A stretch of DNA of 64,000 nucleotides, taken from contig NC_043007.1 of assembly GCF_006345805.1 (NCBI RefSeq), positions 27,652,001 through 27,716,000 of the forward strand. The letters run 5' to 3'. The notes below the pieces were generated by a model. That model worked only from the letters and a program-made list of their open reading frames with translations. It was not told where the DNA came from and made no database searches. This stretch comes from Octopus sinensis (lineage: Eukaryota). Positions 50,191 to 64,000 of the stretch are shown one piece after another. Positions within the stretch are counted from its first letter, which is position 1. Each line of letters starts with the position of its first letter. The position numbers and the translations under genes were made by a program.

Positions 50191-52151
50191 TGAGAAAGAT
50201 CCTCACTTGGGTAGCTACCAAGAGAACTGCTTTCATTTCACCGGACTTGTTCAACCTTCACAGTGTAACATCTCCAAGCGCTATGTACTTTTAGTCAATA
50301 CGATCGGGGAACATGGAGTTGGAGCACAATCGAAGGCAAACTCAGGGATGGGCACGAAATCGGGGCACAAACTTTAATCGACATAATCTGGGGCACTAAA
50401 TTAACTGAGAATGTACTTGTTCGTACGGATAATGACACGAGTGCACCTGGATAAACCGAGTAATTTACTTGGAGAATAAAAATCCTCATCTGCCCTTATC
50501 ATGGGATGAAAACCAATGGAAGGAATTTGAACACTGCTCGATTAATACTGATCTGTGCTGAAAAACATCAGTAAAGTTTACAAATAACTTGATAAAATTC
50601 TTATCCTCACACACCTTCATTTGAAATGATTAGAGAAAAAATCGGCCATATATTATAACTTGATCAATAGAGAAATATAGTTTTGTATAAAAATATTTCT
50701 TCTTTAATAGACTTTAAAAATGTATCAAAAATAATATCGATTGCATTCAAACTAAATTTTCTCAAATTATTGACACTAATGGTGGGGTAGTTAGCGTTTA
50801 TAGTTCTGGCCGCGTTAATGGTGGTAACGTTGGTGTTGGTGTAAGTCTAGGTTATACTGGCGACGAGGTTCAATAATTGCTGAGTTCACGTTAGTCTGAC
50901 ATTGATAATTGGTATTTACTGTTGGTATATTGGTGGATAATTTAGAAGAATTTGCTGCGATGAGGAATGTAAAAATGGAATTCTAATTTGAGCAGTTTTG
51001 ATGGGGAAATAACACAGGGTGCTGTTGTTGCTTTTGTTGTTGTTGTTGTTCTGCTATTTCTGGTGTTGTTTTTGTTTCTCTTATAGTTCTTCCCGATGTT
51101 GTTGTTGTTGTTGTTGCTGTTGATTTGGCGGTTGTTTCTGCACAAATAATCTCAAGATCAAATGTATTTCTGGGTAGAGTTTATAGCATTCTAAATAACC
51201 GATTCTTTCCTGGTCATTTCTCTTTACAGATGATAGTATGTGATTTCGAATAGATGTAGCTGCTATTTCTAAGAAGTCAAACTATGAGTTAACCTCGGCC
51301 CAGTCGTTATGAATAATTGTGTGAAAGAGAGGCATAACTCCCCATTTCTTCAAAAACAAACAAATACAGATTGCCGGAGGAAGGAACTAACGCATAGAAT
51401 AATGTACTTCTTGATACACTATAAAAAAAACCCAAAGAAATGATGGTCATAGATGGATCTATTTGACATTTGGCCAATTCGATTAGAGCCGACTTGCAGA
51501 CGAACAGAAACCATATCATCATCACCAACGAGAGGAAACTGCATGAATCCATCTCCCACCATTGCCTTGCAGAGTAATGGCAATCTTAAAATATTGAATG
51601 GGCAATATTGTATCTTCGGTGTGATGCTGTTGAAGAACTTGCGAAGTGATGGCTGCTGGAGTAGTTACTGGAAGTGATTGTGAAAGTTGGTCTGTTGCTT
51701 TTGCTGTCGGTAGCGTGGCATTTAGTATCATTCATCATTTTGTTTAATATTACAAAATATTTCTCTTTACACAGGAGACGGTTGAGAGTAAACTTAGCGA
51801 AGAAATATGCTTCCAGATACAGACAAATACAATTACGGACGGAATGGCAAGGAAATAATATGTTGGCAATAAGATACGCAGTTATAAAATAATATATATT
51901 CGCCAGTATATACTTAGTTACATATATACGCAGGTCATTCTCAATTTCTCACTGTTTATATGTGAGTGGGGTGCGGTTGTGTGTGACTTTTCTTCTATCT
52001 ACATATATATGAATAAAGAGAAAGATGCAGAGAGATTATATACATAAATATAAATACGTTTCTTGTTTCTATTTGCACACACACATACACACACACACAC
52101 ATAGATATATGTGTGTGTATATATATATTATACACGCACACACACACACAC

Positions 52152-52212
<61 letters not shown>

Positions 52213-52494
52213 GAACATATACATAACTTGTGTTTATATATATATTAATAATGTAATAATATATATAAATATTAATATATATATATGTGTGTATGTATAT
52301 CAGTGCGTGTATTTATGCATACATATATATATATATACACACACCACACACATCTATGTATATATATTTATACAGACACAGATAGTGAGAAAGAGAAAGA
52401 GAAAGAAGAGAGAGAGAGAGAGCGAGAGACGAAGAGACTGAGAGATTGAGCGAGGTTGATGGCCGGTCAGATAGACATATACGTTGGTTGATAT

Positions 52495-52618
<124 letters not shown>

Positions 52619-53095
52619 AGTGGTAAAAATTTTAATATCACAATTTTGTATACAGGTCTGGTTGAAATATTTAGGAGTTTAATACATTTTGTATCCAGGA
52701 ACAGTAATAAAAAGTAAAACACACTGTCACCAACATATGCGATATATACTGCATCTATCTCTCTATGTCTCTATCTATATATCTATATATATATATATGT
52801 ATATATACGTATATGTAACGTAATCTATAGCTAATATGCATAAGTTTTCAAACATGAGTATATGTGTATGAACAGTATTGCTTCTCACATTGATATACCT
52901 GCGCAATGAAAACACAGAAACAGGCACAAATACATACGAAAATGCAGTCAATTATATAAGTATACACACATACATACACACACACACATACACACACATA
53001 CACACACACATGTTTATGCATTTATGTATATATATATCCATATACATACAATTATATATATAAATATATATGGTTATAGATAAATGTAATAATAT

Positions 53096-53161
<66 letters not shown>

Positions 53162-53264
53162 GCGTGTTTGTATGTGTGCATCTATGCGTGTATATATAGA
53201 TATATAAATATGCGCATATATATATATATATATTTATATACATATACATACACATATACATATA

Positions 53265-53308
<44 letters not shown>

Positions 53309-53697
53309 TATGTGTGTGTGTACATAAATAGTCATATATGTTCATATGTATGTATAAATGAATGTAGCGTTTGGCATCAGGAGTTGAGTTTTTTTACTGT
53401 TACTAACGCCAACGCCAACACCACGCATTACAAAAAGAAAAACATAAATATAATTCTTCAGTTTTCGCGAGAAGAAAATGAGATTATGAAGAAATGTAGA
53501 AAAAGAGAAAATATTAAAAAAAAGAACACAAATAAATGTGCATAAAAAAACAGAGAGAGAATTTAGAACCAAACAATTTAATGCTATAAAGTTTCGTTCG
53601 ATACTTGTCTAAAGATCGAGTCAGAGCGTGAGAAAAGGTGAAAGAGTGAGTAGGTGAGAGAGATAAAGAGATAGAGAGAAGAGAGAGACGGATAAAC

Positions 53698-53741
<44 letters not shown>

Positions 53742-54200
53742 AGGGAGAGAGAGAAGAAGTGAGAGATTATGTGGAAGAAATGGAGAAGGCACCGAGAGAA
53801 ACTCAAATAGTTTAAATTGGGAATGATATGGAGGTTGGAAATGAGAAATTGAAAACGATGTTTGGTCAAAAGAAAAGACAATAATATCTAACTATATATG
53901 TGTGTGTAAGTATGTATGTATATATATATATATAATCTGTTTCTTTGCGTACACAGATATGCATGAACACACGCATACATGAATATGTATATTTCTATGT
54001 ATGTATAGGTATATATGTACATAGTTATAGGAATACGTTTTCAAAGAAGAGGTTGAGAGTAACTTCGAACTTTTGGTTTATTTACTGTCAGCCATTCTGA
54101 TGAGAAAATTAATATGAAAGTCTACTAAAACTTATTGATTCAATGGTAATTCAGTATTTTTTTTTACATCTAACTTGACCTGAAAGCAAATAATACACCC

Positions 54201-54235
<35 letters not shown>

Positions 54236-54377
54236 ATATATATATATATATATATGTATACATGTGTGTGTATATAAATATGTAGATATATATATATACA
54301 TACACACATATATATATATATATGTATGTATATATATATATAATATATTTGTGTGTACATGTTTACATATGCATATA

Positions 54378-54428
<51 letters not shown>

Positions 54429-54559
54429 CTATATATTATATGTATATAAATATATATATATAAACACATATATATTATATTTATATACATATATATATGT
54501 GTGTATATACATACACACACAGAAACACGCACACTCACACACGCACACACATATATATA

Positions 54560-54776
54560 TTATGCTTTTACGTGTTTCAGTCATTTGACTGCGGCCATGC
54601 TAGAGCACCACTTTTAGTCGAACGAAGCGACACCAGGACTTATTCTTTGTAAGACTAGTACTCATTCTTTCGCTTTATTTTGCCGAATCGCTAAGTTATG
54701 GGGATGTAAACACACCAGCGTCTGTATTCAAGCGATGGTGTAGGACAAACACAGACAAACTCAAATACCCCCGCAT

Positions 54777-54808
<32 letters not shown>

Positions 54809-54824
54809 ACACACACACACACAC

Positions 54825-54886
<62 letters not shown>

Positions 54887-55050
54887 TATATATATATATA
54901 AATATATACGACTGGCTTCTTTTAGTTTCCATCTATCAAATCCACTCAAAAGGCTTTGGTCGGCCCGAGGTTATAGTAGAAGACAGTTGCCCAATGTGCC
55001 ACACAGTGGGAAGAACCCGGAAGTACGTCGTTGGTAAGCAAGCTACTTCC
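54560..55050 (-). mobile_element. SINE family B split by a microsatellite
   Basis: TTTCAGTCATTTGACTGCGGCCATGCT tail; AAGGCTTTGGTCGGCCCGAGG..AGTGGGAAGAACC head. Confidence 0.8.
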
Positions 55051-55649
55051 TACACAACCACTCAGGGTGGAAGATGTTTGTAAGCCATTTAAAAACACGC
55101 AGAAAACCGTTAGATTTCAGCATTTAAATTAAATTTACGTCAAAATATTTTCGTTTATTTGATGCCGCGACCTATTCACTGACAAAACTTTGTGCTGTAT
55201 CTGAGAAAGTAACTGTTCTTTCATGATATATATATTTATATATATATATAAATAAATGAAAGAATGGAGTTGAACGACGAATTAACAAAATTCTTTATTT
55301 TATATATATATATATGTATATACGTACGTATGTATGTATGTATGCATGTATGTATGTATGTAGTATGTATGTATGTATGCATGTATGTATATATGCATGT
55401 ATGTATGCATGTATATCTGTATGTATGCATGTATGTATGTATGCATATGTGTGTATGTATGCGTGTATACATGTTCGTATGTCTATGTGTACATGCCTAT
55501 GCATGCATATAGGCGTATATGCATGTAAGTATACATGTATGTACGTATGTATGTATATGCATGTGCATGAATGAATGCATATATTTATGTATGCATGTAC
55601 CTACGTGAGCATTTAGGCGTGTATGGGTGTAAATCTGTCTGTCTGTGTA

Positions 55650-55800
55650 AGGCGGTGAACTGGCAGAAACGTTAGCACGCCAGATGAAATGCTTAGCAGC
55701 ATTTCGTCTGTCTTTATGTTCTGAGTTCAAATTCCGCCGAGGCCGAAATGATCAACTGGTCCCTTCCCCCAAAATTTCGGACCTTGTGCCCAGAGTGGAA
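55650..55800 (+). mobile_element. SINE family A
   Basis: GGCGGTGAACTGGCAGAAACGTTAGCACG. Confidence 0.85.
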
Positions 55801-56220
55801 AAAGATGTGTCTGTGTGTGAGTGTATATGTGTATGTGCATTTAATCCTATGTTTATGTACTTATATGTGTGTCTATTGAAGTTATATATTTATATCTTAT
55901 TGCTTGGTAAGACAGCAAAAGAATGAAAGAGACCTCGATATTATGTAAATAGAGGAATTTATTTGTAAATGTAATACGTGACAATTATTCGATAGCCAGG
56001 ATAAAACCCCGAGTTTCGGATGTCGAGGTGGAAATCCACGCCGCCATCTCCACGCTATTTGAATGACCGCTAAATGAGAGTATTCACGTAAGCGCGCATG
56101 TCCATACCTACACATGCGTACCCGCACACACACGTGCATGCGCCCATAAGTATACCCTCATCCACCCTCACTTGAAACGTACTCATTCTCACCCACACCA
56201 TTCGCCAAATATATATATAC

Positions 56221-56600
56221 TACCAGTATCGCCCGGCGTTGCTCGGGTTTGTAAGGGAAATAACTATATAAGCATTTTTAGAGAGTTATAGCCAAAAATA
56301 TAGCAAAAAAATGCATTAAAAATGGACAAAAAATGATGGTAATTTTTTTTATAAATCGTTGACTCATCGTAGACATTTTTAGAGAGTTACTTCCCTTATA
56401 TAATAGCGAACAAATGCATTAAAATGGAAAAAAATGATGGTAATTTTTTTTAAATCGTAGACTCATCGTAGACGCGCGCTAATACCCAGAAGGGCTCGAT
56501 ATGAATCACGACTATAAGATACCCGGTTTTGGTTAAACTGCACCGCAAAATGTGGGAGTAGTTAGGAATCTAAATCGTAGGAGACATACGCACAACTTGA

Positions 56601-56610
<10 letters not shown>
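56221..56610 (+). mobile_element. Non-autonomous Helitron/Helentron-like element with an internal ~120-bp duplication
   Basis: 5' TACCAGTATCGCCCGGCGTTGCTCGGG hairpin start; 3' ..CTTTTATATATA end in (TA)n; CATTTTTAGAGAGTTA twice. Confidence 0.6.
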
Positions 56611-56646
<36 letters not shown>

Positions 56647-58334
56647 TATATATATATATATACATATATACCATCCCACACACACGCGCAAAAATGGGTC
56701 ATACACACGTTTATAAACGCACAAGCACGAGAAAAACAGGGCTAAGGGCAACTATACAGGTGTAAAGAAGTATTAAAAAATAAGCAATAAGAGTAATCCA
56801 CGTCTATATACGCACAGGGAAAACGCATGTGGAAGGTAAAATACAGAAAAAAATATGTTTAAAAAATATAGAAGCAATAAACCTATAAAACAATATCTCT
56901 ATAAATATGTAAAGAATATATCTATAAAAAAATATATAAATATATATAAGAAATATAAGTAAAAAATATAAGGAGATAGAAAGCTTGTGCGTGGATAAAA
57001 TACAGAAAGCAAGTCCTATCTGTAATCTCGGTGGGGGAGGGATCAACAACATAACAAATATTTAGCCACATTTGGGCATGACCCGAAAATTTCAGTTCTT
57101 GAACTCAGACATGTAGCGGGGTCGAAGCTGCTTTTTCCAGATGAGCCATCTTTCCATATCGCAAAGTGCATATCAGCCGATTCCAGTTCTTGACTCATAC
57201 CTTACTAAACGTCCCCTAAATGATGAAATACAAAACAAACCCTGGCAGGATTCGAACTCAGAACAATTACTGCAGGGCTCCACCGAAAGCAAATTGCAAG
57301 TCTCTTCACAGACACTCTAGCGATTCTACCAATCGACCGATATAGGATTACATTAATCTAATTTAATCTCTTTGAATATTTACCACACGTAACTTCACAG
57401 TGGGGGAGGTTTTTATAAGTTTTTCCATATCTTTTTGGATTCGGTGGTTAAATGTTATTGCTTCTGTAGTAAGGCGCTGAGCTAGCAGAATCGTTACAGT
57501 ACCAGACAAAATGCTTACCAGCATTTCTTTAGATTTTACGTTCCGTGGTGACATGGCACCAGGGTCGACTGTGCCTTTTTATATTACCGGGTTGCGTTTT
57601 CCTTACATCCTATCGGAGGCGGAAGATCATGTACCAGTTAAGCATTCAGGTAGGTGTTTTCGACTAGACACCTTCTCCTAAATTGCTAGCCATGTGCTGA
57701 ATTTGAAACCAATATCATGGTATGTATGATTAACCGTTTGTAAAATATAAAAAGAGCAGATCTAAGAGAGAATGGATGTTATTGTTTCGTTCGCCATTAT
57801 TGCTCTTATTTTGGCCCACGTTCAACGTGATAAAAGTCATACCAACTTTGACTGTACTGTCACTTTAGTAATATTTAGGATAACAGTATTAGAAATGTTT
57901 TCTTTTCCTATAACAGCGAATTTGCTTTTTCTTTTCTCTCCTGCAAAGCAAGCAACCACATACAATATCATTATTTTCCAGTTATATCGTGTTGTAGTTG
58001 GTAGTGGTGGTGAAGGTGATTGTGGTACAATTTGGTTTTGATTCGGCGAATGTTGTCGAACTGATATTGGAGATATTGAACGCATTTTCTTCAATACATT
58101 GCTCGGCAAAAAGAAGCTGGTCACATAATCATGGCGTTCGCGCTAGAAAGAAGGGAAGAATTCTATGGAGGTGGAGAGATGTGGGTGGTGATATTGATAT
58201 TCAGGAAACAGGGAGGAGAAATGTGTGTAGCTGTTGCGAATCATAGGTATATATGGTACTATATATATATGTGTATTGTTACAATCAATCACACATGCAA
58301 ACAAACATACAAATATATACAGACAGGATAACTA

Positions 58335-58506
58335 ATCTGAGCAACAGGATGAAAGCTTCTTCACCAATTGGATCCAAGCCCCGCATCAGCAACGGAAGAA
58401 GTGTGTGGACTGCAAGGCGGGGGTGCTATGTTGATAACTAAACCTCATCCAGTCATTCCATGAGAATACCTCGGTCAACCTATAAACTTTGCAGTCAAGC
58501 CCCGTT
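58335..58506 (+). mobile_element. Mariner transposase C-terminus and 3' end remnant
   Basis: SFFTNWIQAPHQQRKKCVDCK / YVDN*, like mariner FFxxGIQALxxRWKKCVDxxGDYVEK*. Confidence 0.7.
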
Positions 58507-59094
58507 CCTATAAACAAATACATAGTTTACACACCACCCAAATGTAAATATATTGAAGTAAAAATGTATAGAATATTTTCTTTTTCATGAAATGAGTGGC
58601 TATCATTTAAAAAGGTAATTCTTCAAGTGCTCTTCAGTAAACAATAATAAATTATAGAATGGATGAGCGAAAATGTTCTTGTAAATCCACAGCAATTCTT
58701 CTGTAATCCTGATGAGAATTAAGCTGTTTTTCTTAATGAAGCCGTTCCAAAATAATTTATTCAAAAACTATTATTCCTTTCTGAGAGTTTGTCTTGGGTT
58801 TCAAATGTACAAAACAACTGACTGAGAAAAACACTAAATGCAATCATCGTTGGCAATCCCTTAATTAGTTATTCAATTTTATTGCATACTTTGTGTCCGG
58901 CATCAGTTGCCATGATGTTGGACGTGAAACAGAACGCCATATTACGGTATTTTTGGTCTACAAAGCAACACAGTTCCTACATTTCCCATCTCTACACTAG
59001 GTCTTAAGAAAAGAGATTGTTAGTATACAGTTATAATGGTTTCATTAATTTGAGAACAAGTTCAGGAATATCATTCAGGAATATCAAATGGTTC

Positions 59095-59228
59095 TTATTT
59101 TATCAACCTCGAAAAGACGAAAGACAAAATGGCCCTCGGCGGAATTTGAACTCAGAATGCTAAAACACATGAAATACTGCTAAGCACCTTTTCCAGCTTG
59201 TTAAAAATTCTGCCTCCTCACCGCCTTA
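59095..59228 (-). mobile_element. SINE family A
   Basis: CTCGGCGGAATTTGAACTCAGAA. Confidence 0.75.
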
Positions 59229-60740
59229 TATACAGCTGTATTCAAATTAGATTTGATTGATGATGGACAGAAACCCACGAAGGCAATTAGATACGCGCAA
59301 TTTCATTAAACAAGGGTGTGAGTATGCTGTGTAGATGAAACCAAATTACTTTCAATGTTAATTTTCAAAAGGAACCAATGTCCTAATGTCCAAATATAAT
59401 TGTACCAAGAGGTATCAACCTTGGCGTACATAAGCAAGATGTATAGATGAAGTCGGAAGCGTTCATGAGGTTTTGGGACGTTGTATTAGAACACCGGATC
59501 CTTCATAATTTACCTTGAGAGGATTACTCATAATGACTTGTGGTGTATAAAATCACTCGTATTTATATTGTTGACACGTGATAAACGTTTATTACAGCCA
59601 CCGGAAGGACCATATTAAGTGATTTCAGTCTGTTTTGGACTTCTCAGTGATAAACATCCGGCAGTAACATAACAACTGAATCTCCCGTGAGCAATATATA
59701 AAATATCACAGTGTATTCAGGTAACGATGTTGCAAGTATCCAGCGGGTTTCTTCAAAAGCAATTAATAGCAACATTAAAAGATAATTTCATTTCTAGTTA
59801 ACATATACAACAGTTAAGATATATAACAAGCTATTATACCCAGGGGTCGAACAACCTCACACTCCTTCTACTACCAATCTGTACGCACAGACACACGCAT
59901 ACACACAAACACGAATGTGTGCGTGTTCAGTGAGACAAGGGGAGGAAATGAGAGGTGAAAAGTGAACTGGAATCAGATGGGAGATATCAGGAAGTGCAAG
60001 GGTTTAGAAGTGAAACCGTATCTCGCAATTATGAGTTGGAGAAAGTGATTTACAAAGAGTTGGCGAATGATTTGAGTTGATAGAAAAATAGTTCAATTTT
60101 TTTCTTCTTTCAAATATCATAGGTATTGCTTAAGAGAAGAAAATTAACAATTAGAGTGGAATATTTTAGGGAGAAAAATATATACTTCGAGAGACAAGTA
60201 GAATATGAAGTATCACAACAGATTTTCAAAATAGATGTGCGAAGGGAATCGGAGACATTGTGATCGACACACAAAAAAAAAAATAATGAATAAAATAGAC
60301 AAAAAGAAAAAGAAAAAAAACTGAGAAAGAAAAACGGGCGGTGATGTGGAAGAGAAACGAAGGGAGAGAATTCTATGTCTTTGAAAAAGTGAATACGAGG
60401 AAGCAGTGTAAATATATGATGGAAAATATATGAGAAACTGGATGACAACGATACACACACACACACACACAAACATACACAAACTCATACACGTCAGAGA
60501 AAACAGTAGCCCACACCCTAGTTTCACACATATCCACGGACACAAATATTTATATACATTTACGAGTGTTTGTTTGCCATTCACGTTTTGTATAAGTGCG
60601 TATATACGATTGTTTTTGGTGTGCAGAGATGCTGGGTGATAATACGTGCGTGTGTTTGAGCGCGCATGTGCGTGTGAAGATGGGAATATATAGCTAAATA
60701 TAGGTATATAATATATATATATATTATATATATATATATC

Positions 60741-60779
<39 letters not shown>

Positions 60780-60844
60780 GTATATATTTATATGTATATA
60801 TATATATTCATATATATATAGATATAGATATATATACATATATA

Positions 60845-60875
<31 letters not shown>

Positions 60876-60913
60876 CATACATATATATAAAACCACACAT
60901 ATATATATATATT

Positions 60914-60946
<33 letters not shown>

Positions 60947-61974
60947 CATATGCATATGTATATATATATATATATCTATATTTGTGTGTATATATATATG
61001 TGTGTATAGATATATCTGTGATTGTTTATTAGTACATAGATATATACATATGCACACACGTAAATACCAATAGGTTTATCTGTTTTTGTGTGTGTGTTTT
61101 AGTATGTCTGTGTGTATGTGTATGAGTGTGGGTGTGTGTGTCTCTGTGTGCGCGCGTGCGCATTAGTGCGGACAAACTAAGGCGGATGACGTGTGTATTG
61201 CTCTGTTTACTCTTGTATGCACACGCGTACAAATTCCGAAGTAGCAACCCTTGCTTGTAACTTCGTCAGTGCATGTGCATATGTGTACGGGCGTAAGCGT
61301 GTACATCTTTACATATCTTTACATATAAGCGTGTATATATATATTTATGTATGTCTTTACATATGCTTATATACACACGTCTGTGTATATGGTCGTATTT
61401 CCCTCTGCACGCGTTTGTTTAAAAGTGAGTTAAAGAAAATTATTCTTTAAGTGGTTTTTCTTTTCGACATTATGTGAAAACTAATATGTTGTTATTTTTA
61501 TTATTATTATTTTCGTCATATTTCTAGTTTATTTCATTTTCGCTTTCGCTATACGTATTCGTGTGCTTCCAGTTTATTGATGTATGTGTTCTATTTACCC
61601 CAATACTATTATATATAAATTTTTTTTGTATTTATTTACTATATTTTCTTTTTCATTTTTTTCTTCTGTCATTTGAAAAATCATAAGAATATGCAAGCTA
61701 CAAAAACCCCCCCAAAAAAACAATAATAAATTTGGAATATACGAAAACGAACATAACGAGAAATAAAATAAATTTTCGCACATAATTATAATGCTGGTGG
61801 CAGAGCAAGATAAATAGGAAAGAAATATAGTTTTCTGCTCAGAAGCAAGAATAAATATTTAATACTTGTCACAGTGTATATATTTTTATGCATATTTAGT
61901 TGTAATTTTTTGATCTGTTTTTCTTTTGTTACATTTCTTTGGTGTCATGTTTATTGGCATTTTTATAGGGAACA

Positions 61975-61976
61975 TC

Positions 61977-62061
<85 letters not shown>

Positions 62062-62103
62062 TTATTATTATTATTATTACTATCATTATTAGTATCAATA
62101 TTA

Positions 62104-62157
<54 letters not shown>

Positions 62158-62264
62158 ATTATTATTATATATTATTATTATTATTATTACTCTCATTATT
62201 TATTATTATTATATTTACTATCATTATTAGTATCAATATTATTATTTATTATTATTATTATTAC

Positions 62265-62307
<43 letters not shown>

Positions 62308-62310
62308 TTG
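61975..62310. repeat. (TTA)n microsatellite
   Basis: Direct reading. Confidence 0.95.
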
Positions 62311-62464
62311 CTGTTGTTGTTATCATATATAGAAGGTCAATACACCAGATAGTTATTATTGGTTTGAAATAGTTCTCTTGGGTTAAGCTAAAAATTTCCA
62401 GCGGAAAGGCATAAATGTCACATGATCTCACGTTAAGCAGCTTTGAATTCTTTTTCTTTTCGTT

Positions 62465-62768
62465 TCTTCGCCCTTCTCAAGCCTAGCCACGCTCATGGGC
62501 GTGGTTTCCTGGTTTCTGTGGAGTATGTGTTCCCCCCAGCTGGACGGGACTCCAGTCCATCGCAGCGTTACTCAAGAAACAGGAAGAGCGAATGAGAGAA
62601 ATTTGTGGCGAAAGAGTACCACAGGGGTCGCCAACACCTCCTACCGGAGCCTCGTAGATCTTCAGGTGTTTTCGTTCAATAAACAAACACAACGCCCGGT
62701 CTGGGAATTGAAATCTCGAACCTTCGACTACGAGTCCGCTGCCCTAACCACTGGGCCATAGCGCCTCC
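62465..62768 (-). mobile_element. tRNA-derived SINE
   Basis: Minus-strand head GGAGGCGCTATGGCCCAGTGGTTAGGGCAGCGGACTCG; internal GGACGGGACTCCAGTCCATCGCAG box. Confidence 0.8.
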
Positions 62769-64000
62769 ACTGCTTTGCATTCAGACAACAGAAAATAATT
62801 ATGTACTATAGTGCGGTTGGAGAAATGTGTTGCTAAACAAGAGTTAAACTGGCTTAAACTACCTTCACCAGCAAGGTCCTCATTACGAATCTCAGTTTCA
62901 ATTTAAAGAGGAAAGTGAAAACAAAAAGTAGGAGATATGTCATGAGCTGTCGATCAATAAATTTGCTATGTTGCTGAAAGGCGTAGTGTGTATTTCTGTG
63001 ATGAATGGGTTTACTCTGAGTCAGACACCGCTGTAGGGAGACAGACGATTTATTCTTTGTATTCAGTTAAGAGCTGGGTCTGTGGTGTTTCTTGATTGAC
63101 ATTTATAGGTGTCTGCCTTCTAGGGCATGCCATTTTCATGCTTTTCTATACTCCTTATTCTCTGTTCGCTATCGTCTCCCCACAATATTTGCCGTTTGAT
63201 TTGTTTTCCAATTTACTCCCTGTAGTAGAACATCAAGTGATATATTGATGTTTGCTGAGGTGTGATTGGAAATGTTATCGCCATTTTGTCGCTGTAAATA
63301 TATATTTATAACTATTTTCCTAAAATCTTCATAAGGCAATATTTAATGAGAAAACTGTATATTTCTAACAAGTTTTCTTGTGGGAACTTCATCGGTATCA
63401 CTTTAAAAAATTATAACACCATTGCCTTCCAAATATTTGCGGAAACTTGTTTATCATCTCAGACATTATTTCTACATTCATGGCGTTCATCACCTAACCT
63501 TATGAAGTTCCATTTCACTTGCCCAATTCAGAAATATATTTCCAATTATTTTCTTTATACGCCCGTGACCTCAATTCCGACATTGAATACGATGACAAAA
63601 ATTGTGTGGCCTTAAATATTGTAGTTTTCATTTCTTCTTCTCAACATCATATATATATATATACAACGATGTTATACGATGAGAAAATTCACGCAGATCC
63701 CATTAACCGATTTTCGACTATTTCTCATTTCACTAAGCGCGGAGTTAACTATTTTCTTCTCTGTCAATTTAACTGTTAAAATCTCTTTGTGAAAAACTTG
63801 TAGCATTCGCATATTATATGAATGGTACATTAATTTATTTGACAAATACATCACAAAGTCTCGTTGCACATATCAGGTTTTGCGTCAACGATCGACTAAT
63901 GGGTTGTTCTTTGCCATAAGGATTTTCAATTTCCCTCATAAATCTTCCGAAATCCTGTCAAACCTATCGGTCTTTTTTCCCTGTTTTCTATTTACCTGAT

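Noticed and set aside
51300-51740. Several 70-80 aa ORFs in unique sequence
   Set aside because: No domain, splice context or codon evidence that I can verify.
55985-56060. Minus-strand GAAACTCGGGGTT with an upstream hairpin, HHR-like
   Set aside because: The core reads GTGGAGA rather than CTGANGA and helix I is absent; at most a decayed repeat.

Overview
AT-rich eukaryotic non-coding DNA, saturated with (TA)n/(CA)n/(GATA)n/triplet microsatellites, tRNA-derived SINEs, mariner and hAT MITEs and LINE fragments. The repeat landscape resembles a coleoid cephalopod (Octopus-like) genome; that assignment is my inference. I could not support any host protein-coding exon, tRNA/rRNA gene or CRISPR array, and almost all supplied ORFs are microsatellite or TE artefacts. 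The main signal is a set of hammerhead-ribozyme (HHR) retroelements. (i) A 5'-truncated Penelope-like element (RT, CxxxxCxxC linker, GIY-YIG) at 25806-28080 carries a minimal variant HHR in its 3' repeat. (ii) Two non-coding tandem-unit families, ~352 bp (2171-2790, 42149-42909) and 329 bp (4545-5073, with an 11-bp TSD), each carry a type I HHR at the tip of a long helix that contains a sequence box shared by both families; they look like non-LTR retrozymes (candidate circRNA producers). (iii) Further degenerate HHR repeats are present. Most of these insertions have an inverted 5' arm, and most sit in or end at (TA)n, consistent with mobilisation by Penelope-type enzymes. All alignments and folds were done by eye, and some duplications and 1-bp indels may be long-read assembly artefacts.
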